Shown here one piece after another: positions 62,331 to 64,000 of a stretch of 64,000 nucleotides of DNA. Below the pieces are notes generated by a model that saw only the letters and a program-made list of their open reading frames with translations, was not told where the DNA came from and searched no databases. Source of the DNA: Bacillota bacterium (GTDB taxonomy: Bacteria > Bacillota > Dehalobacteriia > Dehalobacteriales > Dehalobacteriaceae); assembly GCA_050952465.1 (NCBI GenBank), contig JBMNKZ010000014.1, forward strand, positions 26,613 to 90,612. Direction: 5' to 3'. The stretch's first letter is position 1. Each line of letters starts with the position of its first letter. A program made the position numbers and the translations under genes.

Positions 62331-64000
62331 TTACCCTCCTTCTCCCTTGACTACACCCAAAAACCTGCTAAAAATAATACTTCTAAGTAGCATGGTGACA
62401 CTAGGATCGGTAAAAGCTATTGAGCTAACCAAATTCATGCTCTGGCCTTTTTTGTGAATCCTAGCTACATCAAGGTATTTTCTTTCTTCAGGCAGTTGAC
62501 CGATTTTCTTAATTTCCTGTAGGATTTCTTTTTCCAAAGGTAAGAGCCTTTGTACATAATCTGCACTTTGCAGACCACGTACCTGATCATTTAATCTAAT
62601 TTTATCCGGTAGGATTCCCGCCATCGCCCGTCTGATTAAGGATCTCTCCTGCCCCTTTCGGATAAATTGTTCCACAGGCACGCTCAGGCAAAACTCTATT
62701 ACCCTTTTATCAATGGCAGGATCCCTGATGATCAGGTTGCGGGATAATGCTATTTTGGTATAAACAGCACTCAAATGACTTAAATGATAAGGAGATAGCA
62801 TCATCTGCCGCTGGTGAAAGGCATTTAATTTTTTTTGATAATAAGGGTCATAATTGAAACTCTTAAACCTCTTCTTCATTCCTATAAGATGGGCAAAGTC
62901 TGGGTTTACCGGGGATAATGCAAAAGGTCTTTCCCAATTGGCTTCCCCCCGGTGCAGCAATAACTGAATTTCATAGGGAACTAAGGATTTAGCCACATCC
63001 AAACCAAGTTTCAGAGGATGTTTATTCTTTACCTTCCCAAAAGCCCTGATCTCCTGAATCAGTTTAATCCATTTACCGGAAAGAAAAAAAGAGATACTGC
63101 ATGGAAGAAAACTTCCGTAAGAAATAGTGGTATTCCCCACTCCCCCGGTGAGCATCGTCCCTACTCCCTTTTTTTGGGCCTTTTCTAAAATCCCGTCAAT
63201 CCAAAAAAGATTCTCACATATTTTATAGGGTTGTTCCAAAACCTTTAAATAATGTGCTGTATCACTTAGGGCATTTCTACCGGGAAAGGAATGGTAGTTA
63301 AAGAGAATGTTTTCTTTGTTTTCTCTCATCACCTCAATATAGGGGGTTTCGTCGGCAATTCGACTTCGAGGAATTCCGGTACTATCAAAACCCTTGATGG
63401 GAATAGCCGTAAAAGCATGGAGTTCTTTGTTTGCCTTTTTTAACTCATCTGCAGCTAAACAGGCTATAGCGGCAGAATCAAGCCCCCCGCTGAGCATGAT
63501 CCCAAGGGGTTTGTTGCTTCGAAGCCGGCACCTTACAGCTTGTCCTAACACCTGCCGAAAAGCTTCCTCATATTCCCTGTCTGATTTAAGTTTTAATTCT
63601 TTTTGCTTTTCTATGACCCAGTATGCCTGCTTTTTTATGCTGCCTTTACTGACTGTCAGACTATGTCCTGACGGCAGCATTAGGATATCTCGGTAAAGAG
63701 TCAGTTCCGGATCTATCTGATGTATTACTGAGGGAATGGAAAGAAAGTCACAAATCCATGCTTCTGAATAGTCCCGGCTAATTTCTTCTAGGGCAAATAA
63801 AGGGTTAATCAAAGTAGCAAAGGCAAATAACCGAGGGGAAGCGTAATAATACAAGGTTCGGTTTCCGGTGTGGTCTACGGCACAAAACATTTCCTTTCGT
63901 TTAGTGTCCCAGATGGCAAAGGCAAAATCCCCTAATAGATAGGAGGGGCATTTCCTGCCCCATTTCTCATAGGCCCGGAGTATCAGGTCACTATCAGGAA
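62331..64000 (-). CDS. Lasso peptide cyclase (asparagine-synthetase-like, C protein); 5' end outside the window
   Basis: PP-loop motif MLSGGLDSAAIA. The frame stays open upstream of the first Met to the window edge (...GDFAFAIWDTKRKEMF...), matching the AsnB-like N-domain. Confidence 0.85.
   Translation of the reverse strand, partial: PDSDLILRAYEKWGRKCPSYLLGDFAFAIWDTKRKEMFCAVDHTGNRTLYYYASPRLFAFATLINPLFALEEISRDYSEAWICDFLSIPSVIHQIDPELTLYRDILMLPSGHSLTVSKGSIKKQAYWVIEKQKELKLKSDREYEEAFRQVLGQAVRCRLRSNKPLGIMLSGGLDSAAIACLAADELKKANKELHAFTAIPIKGFDSTGIPRSRIADETPYIEVMRENKENILFNYHSFPGRNALSDTAHYLKVLEQPYKICENLFWIDGILEKAQKKGVGTMLTGGVGNTTISYGSFLPCSISFFLSGKWIKLIQEIRAFGKVKNKHPLKLGLDVAKSLVPYEIQLLLHRGEANWERPFALSPVNPDFAHLIGMKKRFKSFNYDPYYQKKLNAFHQRQMMLSPYHLSHLSAVYTKIALSRNLIIRDPAIDKRVIEFCLSVPVEQFIRKGQERSLIRRAMAGILPDKIRLNDQVRGLQSADYVQRLLPLEKEILQEIKKIGQLPEERKYLDVARIHKKGQSMNLVSSIAFTDPSVTMLLRSIIFSRFLGVVKGEGG

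Overview
This window looks like chromosomal DNA from an endospore-forming, moderately AT-rich Firmicute (Clostridia-like). It carries cotJABC and a gerB-A-C germinant-receptor operon, and almost all genes are on the minus strand. In coordinate order it contains: (1) an Opu-type quaternary-amine ABC transporter behind a sigma-54 promoter, next to a PAS/AAA+ sigma-54 activator, an Asp/Glu-racemase-like gene and a non-pyrrolysine MttB-family methyltransferase; (2) anaerobic glycerol-3-phosphate dehydrogenase glpABC, preceded by glpP and a leader terminator; (3) a glycyl-radical enzyme with its activase, a second sigma-54 activator and a clear -24/-12 promoter; (4) purL; (5) cotJABC; (6) ligA, pcrA and yerC; (7) the germinant-receptor operon; (8) lplA, lpd and gcvT-H-PA-PB, with the tandem glycine riboswitch split from gcvT by an inserted IS element; (9) a Na/Pi-PhoU transporter; (10) purEBFMNHD behind a PurBox-like palindrome; (11) envelope and small-protein genes, including two unannotated tiny Cys-rich peptides, an MgtC-GNAT fusion, TerC and a six-LysM protein; (12) a lasso-peptide biosynthetic cluster with cyclase, an unannotated 45-aa precursor, an HPr-kinase-like kinase, B1, B2, a nucleotidyltransferase and an ABC exporter. 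The lasso cluster is the most interesting system here. A REP-like palindrome (GGGCGATTCATGAATCGCCC) recurs in intergenic spacers. I saw no rRNA, tRNA or CRISPR array. All functional calls come from motif recognition by eye, with no database search.
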